A stretch of DNA of 64,000 nt, from assembly GCF_006345805.1 (NCBI RefSeq), contig NW_021833081.1, positions 19,631 to 83,630 on the forward strand, read 5' to 3'. A program made the translations under genes and the position numbers. This DNA comes from Octopus sinensis. Its lineage: Eukaryota. The notes below the pieces were generated by a model. The model made no database searches and had not been told where the DNA came from. It was given only the letters and a program-made list of their open reading frames with translations. Shown one piece after another: positions 41,967 through 54,939 of this stretch (its first letter is position 1; each line of letters begins with the position of its first letter).

Positions 41967-42025
<59 letters not shown>

Positions 42026-42280
42026 GAAAACACATACACATATAGAAATATACATTTATGTATGTGTGTGTTTATGTTTATATCTAATATTTTATGCTTA
42101 TATTTTCATGTATGCGGAATTAATTTTGCATACATACTTACGGATATACATGTATGTTTGTGTGTGTGTGCGTATGTGTGTGTGTTTGTGTGTGTCTGCT
42201 TATGTGTGTGAGTGTGTGTGTGTGTCTATACATACATTTACACATACATCTACATATGCATCCATATGTAGACATATGTA

Positions 42281-42332
<52 letters not shown>

Positions 42333-42342
42333 GTATATATAT

Positions 42343-42405
<63 letters not shown>

Positions 42406-43309
42406 ATATATATATGTATATATATATATATATGTATATGTATATAAATTACATACATGGTTATGTTTGTAAAAATGTGTATTACACCCCACATGATGTA
42501 TGATGTGCGGTTACGCTTGTCAATTGGCCTGCGATAAAATACAATGTGTGTGTGTGTGTATGTGAGTGTGCGTGCATGCATACATACCTACATACATAAA
42601 TACACACAGTCAGAAACACACACACATACATAAAGCTACACGCACACATCTCAGCATATAATACAAGGTCATATATAATATATTCATTATAGTTGTCATA
42701 TTTTAAAAGCCATTAAAATCTACCAATAGAAATGTGTGCTAAGACCGATGCTTAAGTTTGATATATGATTTATAGGTTTGATATATGATTTATCGATGTA
42801 TATATGAGGAAACAAATTAGTTGAAATTCAATACATTACTTGAATATAACCATTAAATTGAAACGATAAATAACCTCGAAGAGTCTTCTTAAACATCGAT
42901 AACCATTCTCTTTGTTGGGGATAAATTCTTCTGCAGTTATTTCATTTTAGGATGGTTTCTTTTGTTTTGTGTTGTTTCTGTATCGTTGAAAAATGCTTTA
43001 CGTTCAGACATTTGGGTGTTTGACGTGTGTTTGACAAACAGAGAATTGGGAAGACTTTTGTGGTGGCTGACTCGAGAAGGAATCGAACTTGCTCACTGTC
43101 CCGTCGTTTTTTTTTTTAATCAACACGGAAATTAGTTTTAAAAATTCAATTTAATGCTTTAAATATCGTAAAATGGAAAACGAGAGAATGAATCAGGAGG
43201 AGAAGCAGATCGAACCATGAATCAGCGATTGCTCCTCCGAGATTCCGATTGGGAACAATCATATTGGCGTAAGGAAGGAAAAAAAAACAAACAGGGATTA
43301 ATAGAGACA

Positions 43310-43388
43310 TGACGACGATGATGATGATGATAGCGATGATGATGATGATGATGATGATAGCGATGATGATGATGATGATGATGATAGC

Positions 43389-43436
<48 letters not shown>

Positions 43437-43715
43437 AGCGATGATGATGATGATGATAGCGATGATGATGACCACAACGATGACGATGACGACGATGACG
43501 ATGATGATGATGATGACCACGACGATGACGACGATGATGATGACATTCGGGATGATAATGATAATGATAAACGATGATGATGATAACGACGATGACGATG
43601 ATGACAACGACGATGATGGCAGTGATGAACATGGCCGTATGATGAATATGATGGCAGTGATGACGATAATGATGATGATGACGATGGTGATGATGATGAT
43701 AATGATGGTAATGCT
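43310..43715. repeat. Degenerate (GAT)n microsatellite
   Basis: Long GAT/GAC trinucleotide array that generates the poly-M/H/S ORFs. Confidence 0.9.
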
Positions 43716-44086
43716 GGTTCAGGCTGGTAAAATAGCCAAGAATTGTGGCAGTGGTATTGAGGTGAGATGGTGGGAGTAGTAATTGGTGAAGTTCTGTTGC
43801 CAAAAATCTCACAGTTGTTGTAGTTGTTGTTGTTGTTGGTGGTGGTGGTGAAGGCGATGGTGCTAGATGTAGTGCTTCTGGTAGTGAGGACAATAGAGGT
43901 GGGGGTGGGGTGTGAATGTATGTGTCTGTGTATGCGTGCGAATGTGTATATGTTTGTGTGTGAATAAGGAAACTCAGGAGGAAATCTGTGACGAGATATC
44001 TGTATAGGATGGCGATTGTTAAACATAGATGTATGCCTATGTATGCATATAGGGGCTTATAGGTGTGCGCGTGTATACATACATAC

Positions 44087-44158
<72 letters not shown>

Positions 44159-44163
<5 letters not shown>

Positions 44164-44355
44164 GAATAAATGAAAAGAATGGAGTTCGTTCGACTCCATT
44201 CTTTTCATTTATTCATATACAAAAACACACAAATTTCCACACACGAACACGCGGTTCGGCCCTTGGCATGTAACTTCAACCGTGTTTTACTGACGTGAAT
44301 TTGCTACCCAGGTATCGATTAACCGAATTATCCATACTAGGATAATTCATTCATC
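44159..44355. repeat. Short element in (TA)n bounded by hairpins
   Basis: 27 bp perfect inverted repeat 44159-44185 / 44193-44219; second 9 bp hairpin gaattatcc/ggataattc at 44326-44349. Confidence 0.6.
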
Positions 44356-44357
44356 TA

Positions 44358-44415
<58 letters not shown>

Positions 44416-44418
<3 letters not shown>

Positions 44419-45031
44419 TCCGGCGACGAGGGAATTGGTCGTACGCAATGTTTCGAGTGGCACATGTGCATCAAGAGCGGAAGAGCTTTCCTCGAAGCCG
44501 ATAAGCGATCTAGGAGGCCTGCCAGGGGCATCACACCGGAAATGAAGAGAAAATTCCTTAGCTTGCGCATGAGCATCGGTGGAAGGCACTCATCGAGGTT
44601 TTGAAGCGTTTGAGGGAGGATATTCGGGGAAAGCGACCGGATCTGTGGAAAACGAAGAATTCTTCACCACGACAATGCACCCTGTCACCGAACACTCCTC
44701 CTTTATGAGTTTCTCGCCAAAAACCACGTGGTGTTGCTTCCGCCTCCCGCCCTATTCGCTAGATTTAGCACCTGCGGACTTCCATCTCTTTCCCAAGATG
44801 AAAATGCAGCTCAGAGGTCCCTGTTTTAACACTGTTGTTGAGATGATATCAAGAGCGAACCGCAGAAGGTCCTCGACTCGCTTACGGATGACGACTTCCC
44901 GGCCGCTGGTGTCTGGTGCATTGCTGCGCAAGGTAACTATTTCGAAGGAGACCAGGTGAAAACTTGGCCAAATAACTTATTTCTTTTATTAAATACAATT
45001 GGTCAGGGTACGATTTGATATTCACATACGT
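44416..45031 (+). mobile_element. Decayed mariner transposase remnant and 3' end
   Basis: LHHDNAPCH and PPYSLDLAPADFHLFPKMK (YSPDLAP-D motif) in shifted frames; ends at ...catacgta. Confidence 0.85.
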
Positions 45032-45069
45032 AATAAGTGGTATAAATGTTGTTTATTTAGTTAGTTGGT

Positions 45070-45812
45070 TCACCAGTCACGCTTCCAATGCCCAGTCTCT
45101 TTTACAATCTCTTGAACAAGCCTCAAATTGTGTAGGTCTTTACCTTAATGAGACCAAAACTGAATACATAAACAAGTGCCTGTCCAACAGTGATTGCATC
45201 ATCCACACTCTCAACAGTGCACCTTTAAATATGGTTTCTGATTATAAATATCTTGGGTCATACATATCATCATCTGGAAAAGACTTTCTAACTAGAAAGG
45301 GTATGGCCTGGTCAGCCTGTAATGACATGCATAAGATCTGGTCATCAAATCTAAGTAGAGACTTCAAACTTGAAATATTCAAAGCCACAGTCGAACCAAT
45401 CCTACTATATGGCTCAGAAACCTGGACGTTATCAAAGAAGCTTGAGAGGCGGTTGGATGGAACCTACACTCGCCTCCTTATGAGAGCTCAAAATCTCTCG
45501 TGGAGGCGCCATCCAACTAAAATGCAAATATATGGGAAATTACCACCTGTGTCATCTCTTGTGAAGGGTAGGAGAGTCCAGTTTGCTGGACATTGTTGTA
45601 GAGCTGAAAAAGAAGTAATCTCTACTCTTCTCCTCTGGAAGCCATCTACTCGCAACACCAGAGGGCGCACACTCTCCTACCCTGATGTAATCTCCAGGGA
45701 TACAGGCATCCAGCAACAGGACCTCCGTAATGCTATGATGGACCGTGAAGTCTGGCGCAACATGGTAAATTCCATTGTCTCGACCACGGTCGAACAATGA
45801 TGATGATGATGA
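45070..45812 (+). mobile_element. 5'-truncated, young-looking RTE-clade LINE (uninterrupted ~240 aa C-terminal ORF)
   Basis: AQSLLQSLEQAS..VGLYLNETKTEY...YKYLGS...FKATVEPILLYGSETWTL...RRVQFAGHC.R...DREVWR, then a (TGA)n tail overlapping the stop codon. Confidence 0.9.
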
Positions 45813-48800
45813 TTATATCGCATATAAATAGAGAGATGAGAGGGGGGAATATGAGGTGTGACAGAGAAGGAGAGTAAGGATGAAAGCGAAAGAGATAGAA
45901 GTCGTGTGATATAAAATGAACATGGAGAGTAATTTTGCATTCAATTTCCATTCCGTTCTTCTTTTAATTTTGTTTGGTTCTGTGATATTTTGAAGAAATA
46001 CATTTTTCTTTTGAAAATTAGTATTTATTTCATTATTTCATTAAAGGACCAAGAAATCTGTTAAAAGTTAAGTTATAATTATTGTATGCATTTCGTGTTG
46101 TTATATTATCTGTGGCGACAATATTACATTCGCAAAGTCACCTGTCATGTGACAGATAGTACCCTAGTGCATATAAACGCTGATTTACATATACACAAAC
46201 GAATACTAAAGTACGTACACACATAAAATTCCAACACATACACGTACACACATATATACACACAATTTGTAAATTGAGGAAGATTTTCTGAAATCAAGAT
46301 AAGAAATCATTAAAGTCTGCTATTCATAATCTGGAGTAAAATATAAAAACTCCCCGGGTAGGTGAGCGTTATTTCCAGAATCCTGGAGGGAAATTTGGAG
46401 AATCCAGTGCGGAAAATTGCTTTTCTGTTAAAAAAATGTCTTTATCGTTCTTCTCACTATTAATGCTAGATTTATTTTCGTTAATGTTCCCGTTTAAGGC
46501 TGTTAACGTGAAATTAATATAAAGGTTTTTAATGTTATGTAATAAATACCTGTTAATGTTATGTAATAAAAGGCTGTTAATGTTGTGTTGTGTATTGTGC
46601 TGTGTGCAAGATTATTTTGTTCTTATCATGTATGGAGGTGGACTTGGGGTGGAAACAGGGTGGAAATAGGGTGGTGAAGTGGTTAGGGAGAAATAAAAAT
46701 AACGATTTGGAAATCTTGTTTTCAAAAATCTGTCGGCGTTTGTTGCTGTTTCGTTCCTTGTCAATTCTGATACAGACACGAAATAAAGCGTTGCAGTTAC
46801 GACCATATTTCTCTATTTCAGACATAATGCACCTGGAATTCCATTATCTTATAAAACTATGTCTAAGACAGTAGCGTGTGATTTGAGGAAGGTTTAGCTG
46901 TGGTTTCTATGAGGACGTTTCCATAGAGAACCGTTGTTCAATAGAGCCAAAAACACCATCTCCCATTCGTCACGGTAACCGAACTTACCGATTCCTTATA
47001 AACTTAACTGAGGTAATTCTTACCTTTGGTGCCGGCGCCAAACCTCGCCAGGTTCCTGGAATTTCTAATTTTATTCTTAGAAGAATTTACCAAAGAGTTT
47101 AACAATGTTGTGTTCGTCATATTATAAATGGCATCATTCTACGGATGACGTAATCGTAGACTTTAGATTCGCTTTCGTTAATTACAAATTTCTAAATTCC
47201 AGTGAAGCACTAAAATGGCAAACAAAAAGGTTAAAAAGGTTTGAAATTGAAAAGATTCCTGGTGCCTTTCAACAAGGTTTACGGCATGATAATAACAGAT
47301 AAATTGGAACCACGGGAACTCTTTATCTCTCTTCCAAAGAAATGGCCACCGATCTGGATATGTGTCAAAGAATAAGGTTAAAATATATTGATTGGATTTC
47401 TAAACGAGAAGAGAATCGCCTTTGGAGAGAATGGTAAATATTACGATAAGGAGGCAATCTATTTAACTGCATGGTCTTGGAATCGGTGGGTGTAGAACTT
47501 TATTTGGTAAATATCTGAGAGAAGACACTAAATCTTATCTTAAGAATGAGAGCTATTTTGAGATAAATCTCTAGAATCTGGCATCAACAAGTATTTCCTG
47601 CTTGGCTGTTAAAACGTATTTAGAAGGAAGAAGTAACGAAATTGGTTGGAGGTGGGTGGTGGCAGTAGAAAAAGAAAATTGCAATCTCACCTGGGAATTA
47701 CAAACAGAAAGAAGAATATTGAAGAACTTGCTTCGGTGGGCCACCCACGAATAGAAAGTTGTGTCTGTATTCAGAATGAAGTATAGGAAAGGATGAGAGC
47801 CACAAATAGAACGGAGAGATTGCCAATTGCCAAGAGCATTCCAAGAAAAATCCAAGGCTAGTGTATTCATAAAACGAAGACTTTGGTGGCAGAATGACCA
47901 AAATACTTTGGTAGAAAACCGAATCAATCTACAAATTGAGTTGCAAATGTCATTAAAGAAAGATTTGTCATTAATGCTGAAATCCATTTTGGCAATGAAG
48001 AAGAATGTTTGTAATTGCCGTTAAATTGGTCAGGTTATTCTTGCGTGGATCCACTTTAATTTCGAGTTTTTCAGCTTATCTTGTAGGAAAGGCTTTGGTT
48101 ATCTGCTTTGCCTGTAATCACCAACTTAGTGAAATTATCAAATTTTTATAGTTGTCTCCCCTTACATTTATAATAGTTAACCGTTACCCCGACACGTTTG
48201 TTGTCCATTTTCTTCAAGAAGGAAGTTTCAAATCTTTAAGACATATTTTTAGTCAGTGATTAACTTTTTTCTCCCACCACCCATCCGTCTCGGAGAACCT
48301 AAAAAATAATCAAAGACACTACCCGTCCTTCTCTAACGAAATGGTAAAGTAAGCTTGATATAAAGAAGTACCGTTGCTTCTGACGATCGGCACCTCTCAC
48401 TTGTTGCATCGTCTTTATATTCTAGCAGTAAAACATAACGAAAGAATGGCTGCGACGAGAGAAACTAACAGATTTTATTGACAGAAAGCTACCGTAATTA
48501 AGTCTAAAGACGTTTATTTTTTGCTTGGAAGAAAAAAAATGAACGTAAAAAATACAATAGCAAAAAGACGAAATTTTAAACTGGACATCATCAAAGTAAA
48601 TATCTAAAGTTATAATTTTCCAGACGATAAATCACATCTTTAGTGTGTTTATTGACAATATTTTGTATATCAGCAATTTCTCTCGACAGATTCCGTGTGA
48701 AACAACTGCCAGATGTTTTAATCCTAGATACATGCATGGTCTCATACGAGATTTATTCGATAAGAAACAAATAATGTGAGTTAATTCATCGTCAGTTTAG

Positions 48801-49703
48801 GAAAACTGTTGACGTTTTTTGAATTCTTTTCATTCTACCGAGAGAAAAATTCGCAGCTCTATGTAACTTCCGAATCGGCCGTTATATTTACTTTTTCGCT
48901 GAAGCGTTAGATATCCGAAGCGTTAGATGTTTTACTCCTCACAGTAAATCTAATTAATGAATTTTTATAGATAAACTTTCATCAACGCAGATCTTTGTTT
49001 CATTAGATTCCAGATTTTATCAAACTGATAATAACATTATTTTCGAATTCAGGTATAGAAAAAATTACAAACCTTGGGTTACGATAACATGTAGGGGGTA
49101 AATCCTTGACTGAATCAAATGCTCTATACTAGTCTGTGTTTGAAAATTCGATTATTTGAGGAAATTTGTTTGTTTTTGAGTAGAATAACGCTTTCTATGT
49201 TGTCTTTATGAATCCCTCACTATGACAGATTCAGTTCTGCATCGGTCAGCGAAAGTGATGCCCTGTGATGCCAAGGTAGACCCTTCCATGTTCTATTCTA
49301 TCAAGTGTGTTCTTTCGTTGTTGCCAACCCCAAAGAATAATGGAACTAGTCAAATATTGCGGCTCATAAGAGATTTTTAGGTTTTGAAACAGAAAGTACT
49401 CCATTATGGTCAACGTACCTTGACTGAAACTAGCAGCGAATAAAATATTCTGCACAAAATTATCTCCGAGAGACTGGAGTTCTATCTAGGGGAACGGGGC
49501 ATTTATAACAGCTTTGCACTACATGGTTGCTCGACTTGTTAGAAATAGACGCTAAGCCTTATACTAGTCTTAAAAATGCAGGATGGATGAAATGATGGAG
49601 TCTGGGACTCATTGTACAGTAATCAGAGATGGTCATGTCAGGGACGTCCTTGAGCGAAGTTGATCGAAGATTGAATAACAATAACAACAACAACAACAAC
49701 AAC

Positions 49704-49765
<62 letters not shown>

Positions 49766-50019
49766 CAACAATAACAAGAACAAGAATAACAACAACAACA
49801 ATAATAATAATCATAACCATGTCTCAGAGAAATCCAAAAGATTGTGCTGACTAATAGTGCCCACATCCCTAGAAAAACTCTCACAACCTCTCTGCTTCAG
49901 GTTTTCAGTCATATTGTAACATCTATCCTTTCCTCGCCTCAGAACGCTGGGTGTGTCTCGGCAAGTGACTGTAACAGAGATGCAAATTAAAAGTAAAAAC
50001 AATAATAATAAAAATCATT

Positions 50020-50160
50020 TCAAATATTGGAGAGAAGTCGGTTCCATCGACTCAACTGGTACGCATTTTATCGACCCCGAAATGATTAAATGGCGAAGTC
50101 GAATTTGGCGGAATTTGAACTCCAAATGTAAAGAGTGGGAAGAAATGTTGCTCCACCTTT
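50020..50160 (-). mobile_element. SINE family A fragment
   Basis: actggtacgcattttatcgaccccgaaa...ggcggaatttgaactc. Confidence 0.65.
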
Positions 50161-50736
50161 TGTTCGCAGCAGCAGCAGCAGCAGCAGTAGAAGTTGTTGT
50201 TGTTGTTGTAGCAGCAACAACAAAAACTGCTTCGTGAAGGAAGTTCCTATGTATAATCGTCCGGATAGAAATTGCTGTCAAATGTCATTGAAATAATATT
50301 TCAGTCTTAAATGCAAACGAACAGTGCATTAAAATATTTTGCCACCTACAAGGCGGTCACGAGTGGAGCGCTATTCATCATAAGTGTGCTCAATCATGGC
50401 TGACCGAGGGATAAAATGAAGGCAGCAATGACAGCAACAACAACATCAGCGACTATTTCTTTCAGAAAACGCGGGGATTCAAATATATTGACATTATGAC
50501 TCTAGAACAATAGAGTAAGGCGATACGATATAGGGGATTTGGAGGACATAATCCATCGCCCTGATTATCACCACTACCATCACCTTGCTTTTGGGTACCT
50601 TTAACCTTGTACGGGTTGTAATTATTCTTCCTGTTCTCGGGTGTTAGCTTAATTTTCCTTACTTGGTGCCACCAGTCTCGAAAGATCCCTTAGGACGGAC
50701 GAGATCGCTTATCTATTGTCTTTGAATAATTCATTA

Positions 50737-51010
50737 AATATGGTCGTTACAACGAAAATAGGACCGTAATAGCAAAAATATGGCTGTAACAGCGAAAACA
50801 CGTGACAGAGAAAGTAGGATTACAGCAGCCAACATTTGGGAATAACAACGGAAATGAAGGTAACAACGAAAATGTAGCAAGCAGTATAGACGAAGATATC
50901 GCAATATCTGCGAAATATATAATAGTAACAGCGAAAATATGGGAGTAACAGCGAAAATATGGCAGTGACAACGAAAGATATTAGCGCAGAAATTGCTAAA
51001 CAACAAATAT
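50737..51010. repeat. ~20-21 bp minisatellite (aatatggcagtaacagcgaa-like)
   Basis: About 12 degenerate tandem units. Confidence 0.75.
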
Positions 51011-51454
51011 AGTGGAAAAGAATATGAAAGATCTAAACAAATTCTTTATTATCTTCAGAATCCAATACCGGCTTTCTAGATCCTTCCAGTAAAATCAATA
51101 CGATTTTATTGAGCTGCCTGCTGGCTTCTAAATGAAAGCGTTCCTAAAGAAAGGATATCTTTTCGGTTTAAGCACAAATATGTGTTGAAGTGGGGATGAT
51201 TGCTTAAGCTGTATATAATTTCGTTACGGACCTTCAAGCAGCACAAATACCGCCATCTTTTGTTGCTATGTCTTGCATTCAACTGAAATGGTGATGGACA
51301 ATAGCTTCGGTACCTTTCGAAAGGAGTACAACCAGTATGAGAATCTATACGTGGTCAATCTCCCTGCTAAAAGTAGCACCCAGATTTCATTCAAATTACA
51401 TAGTGCAGTCTCCACAGAAGAGGAAGGACACATTATATAACGTAGATTTACATA

Positions 51455-51778
51455 AAAGAAGAACCGGTACTCCATCGTTTACCACGATGAGTAATCCAGT
51501 TTATCTGATGAACAGAACAGCCTGCTCGTGAAATTAACACACAAGTGGCCGAGTACTCCACAGACACGCATAGTTCTCAGGGAGATTCAGCGTGATACAG
51601 AATGTGACAAGTTTGGCCCTTTGAATTGCAGATACAACTCATATTTGCCAGATGAATGGGCTGGGATAATGTGGAGGGAAGCGTCTTGCATGAGGACACA
51701 ATGCGCCGACGGGAATTGAACTCATGACTTTACGATCGTGAACTGAACACCGCTAACCTATAAGGTACGCACCTTCAA
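51455..51778 (-). mobile_element. tRNA-derived SINE (family D)
   Basis: Minus head gaaggtgcgtaccttataggttagcggtgttcag...gagttcaattcccgtcggcgcattgtgtcc, followed by the SINE body. Confidence 0.75.
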
Positions 51779-52310
51779 TCTCTAGAATAACAGAGGAAAT
51801 GGTGATGGTCGGATTGCTTCGACCAGTGTTGTCACGTGGCTGATGACAATTAAGTTTGGAAGTGGAGAAATAAGTTTAACAAATTCTACCAAACGGGTTC
51901 TCTTGAGAGGAAATCATTTCTACATTGTCGCAGAACAGGGGAAGAACGAGTAAGAAAATATCTCTCAAAATATAACAACTTTAAAAGTAAATGGCACAAT
52001 GAAATATTTAATCTCAAGACTTTATGGTTTTTAAAGGTACAAATAAACGGGAGATATTAAGTTGTGGAACCGTAATATATAACTTTTGTCTGCGACAGCT
52101 GTATCTGGAAACTCGGAGTGACGTATTGATCGTAATAGGCATAATTTACCGATGGAATATGCGGAAGGTTTTGGGCACACAACCAGTCAACATTCACAGA
52201 GATATTACAATATTTTCGGCTCTGTTCATCACGAGAAAGCTGGCAAAAGAAAAAAGCCAGATATGTATGTATGTATGTATATATGTATGTATGTATATAT
52301 GTATGTATGT

Positions 52311-52769
52311 ATGGAAGCTTGTTGGTGAGCTCTCTCTCGACTAATTGGGCTAATTTAGTTCCAAGTTAGATTGGTCTTTCAGCTAGTTGTACCATCAACC
52401 CACTTTTAATTTTTTTCTTGCTGCATTGGGAGTTCGTTTCTATTTTCCATCTATTCTTTTACTTTTGATCTTCTATAAAAAATGAAGATATATCCTTTGC
52501 TTTGCTGTTTTTCTTTACCCGAAATGAGAAGTTACATTGCAGAACTATTATTTTAACGAGTTATATCTATTAATCACCTGAAGAGACACATCTGCACCGC
52601 TGGATGCTCCTGAACCAGTTGTTAAGTATCCCATCCGTGAGGGGTCGATGCTAGATGTGTCGAAACAATTGTCGTGGTTAATAAAAGTGATCGTACCTTC
52701 CATCTTTCATATACATATAGATGCATGTATACATACACCAATCTATCTATGTGTGCATATATAATAATA

Positions 52770-52844
<75 letters not shown>

Positions 52845-52964
52845 TAATAATAATAATAATGTTTTGGACTAAGTGGTACAAGTCGATTAGTGTGGATAAG
52901 TGCTGCGAGAAAGTTGTACAGAATAAAGTTTAATATCAAATACATCTCATTACTTTATATATAC

Positions 52965-53005
<41 letters not shown>

Positions 53006-53386
53006 CATATACATGCATACATATGCCTAACTGTTTGTGTATGTATGTATGTATATATATATACATATCTTTTATACATAGATAGGTAGGTATAAATACA
53101 TGCACACATACATCCACACACACATAAAGAAAAGATAGATGTACATTTTGTTAGTGCTGCTAAGTTAAGAGTGTTATAGTGAGTATGTAATTTTTATGCA
53201 AGACTAATCTAAGTTTAAATTAGACCAATTAGCTGAGAGAACTATGGATAAATGTTTTGGTCTATTTGAGATCGTCAGACTTGTACAGTCTAAGTGAGCT
53301 GATGGTATAGCTAGCTGCGAGACCAATGCAACTTGGAACGAAATTAGCCCAATTAGTTGGGAGAGAACTCACCAACAAGTTTCCAT
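52311..53386. mobile_element. MITE-like element with ~95 bp inverted arms, containing a nested HHR element and microsatellites
   Basis: 52311-52405 is the imperfect reverse complement of 53292-53386 (atggaagcttgttggtgag / ctcaccaacaagtttccat). Confidence 0.7.
52568..52683 (+). ncRNA. Canonical type I hammerhead ribozyme with minimal palindromic stem III
   Basis: Stem I tattaatcac/gtggttaata (10 bp); CTGAAGA 52578-52584; stem II gacacatct/agatgtgtc (9 bp perfect); GAAA 52662-52665; C-AATT-G; GUC cleavage triplet 52671-52673; AATAAA at 52680. Confidence 0.85.
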
Positions 53387-54013
53387 TGTGATAACGACTG
53401 GCACCGCTTCAACAAAGTCTGAGAATGTCCCAAGAAGGGAGGAAGGTAAATTTCGTGAAAATGACATGGTGTTGTTGTTAGGACATTTAGAGAGGATGAT
53501 TAATGTTGTTATGTAATGCAACGAAAAACCCTGCAACAAAATCAATACACATTAACAAGAGCAGTGGTAGATAGAAAGAAGAAGAAAAAAATACATATAT
53601 TGATCGATAAATCGATAGTTGGTATGATTGTAGCTAGGACGGGCCAATGATTAGCTGTACACGTTGCTTGAAGCTTTCTTAGCCGTTCTGTCTTCGCTTT
53701 GGACATGATTTCTTCGCCGTCTACGTTACCTTGGTGCTTTGCCAAAAACATGGCCCCCACTGCTCTCTCTCTCTCTCTCTCTCTCTTCCTCCCTTTCTTT
53801 CTCCCTTAATGTCTCTGTCTGTCTCTTTCTCACGCCATATATAAACACACAATCACACTCACACGCACACACACATGTTTATCTCTCTCTCTCTCTATAT
53901 ATATATATATGTATATATATGCATATATGTACGTACATGCATCTATATGAATATATATATGTTTATATATATGTATATGTATACATACATATACACACAG
54001 ACTCACACACCCT

Positions 54014-54047
<34 letters not shown>

Positions 54048-54391
54048 CACACACACACATATATCTGCATATGTGGATGGTGACACAGGCCTCCATTCCC
54101 AGCTCCATACCTCCACACAGATCCACCGATACAAACACATACATCAACACATTCTCATTTACCCTGACATGCCACGGACTTTTTTCAGCTTTTCCCTGGT
54201 TTCCTATTCTTTCTTTCTTCCTTTCTTTTCTTCTTCTTCTTCTTCTTCTTCTTCTTCTTCTTCTTCTTCTTCTTCTTCTTCTTCTTCTTCTTCTTCTTTT
54301 CTTCTTCTTCTTCTTCTTCTTCTTCTTTCTTTCTTTTTTCTACTTCTTCCTTTTCTCCTCCTCACTCTCTGTCTCACACACATACATGCAT

Positions 54392-54426
<35 letters not shown>

Positions 54427-54939
54427 CACACGCTGTCACACACACACACATCTCATCTCGATACTTTCTCTCCCTTCTTCAATCATTCCTGAAAATTAGA
54501 AATCACAATGGAAACGGATTTACCAAAAACCGGACGAGAAATATTGCCGGATTATATGAAATGCAATTTATACAACTTTCAGTATTTCCGTCGCTGAGTT
54601 CAAATGACACCAAGTTTCATCCCCCACCAAAAAAAAACAACAAAAAACCCCGAAGCACACACTGTATAATGTAACACACTAGTAACTAGGACGAGATTGT
54701 CATGACTGGAACCACACTTGATAATGTAGTCGAAGGCCACTGCACCATGAGCAGGAGAGATGGTCACATCTGGAACATGATAGATCATACTTGTTAATGG
54801 GCAATCTTGACATTCAGCATGGTGTGTTGATGTGTTAGAAATAGCAGCGAAATTTCGATTCGGAGACGATTCTCTTTAAATATATAAGACATAACAGAAA
54901 AAAAATATTACTTTGGATTATCTGGTTAACAACATCGAC

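Noticed and set aside
47200-48025. Purine-rich stretch as a decayed L1/Tx1 LINE (similarly 27530-28140)
   Set aside because: Composition is suggestive but I could not recover diagnostic motifs by eye. It needs tBLASTx against Repbase.
50737-51010. Regular repeats as a CRISPR-like array (also 14340-14575)
   Set aside because: Head-to-tail degenerate units without unique spacers, eukaryotic context, no cas genes.
53252-53282. Minus-strand CTGACGA-tct..aga-ccaaaac
   Set aside because: No GAAA and no stem I.
54600-54850. Open minus-strand frame (...AECQDCPLTSMIYHVPD...) as an exon
   Set aside because: No recognisable homology or splice signals.
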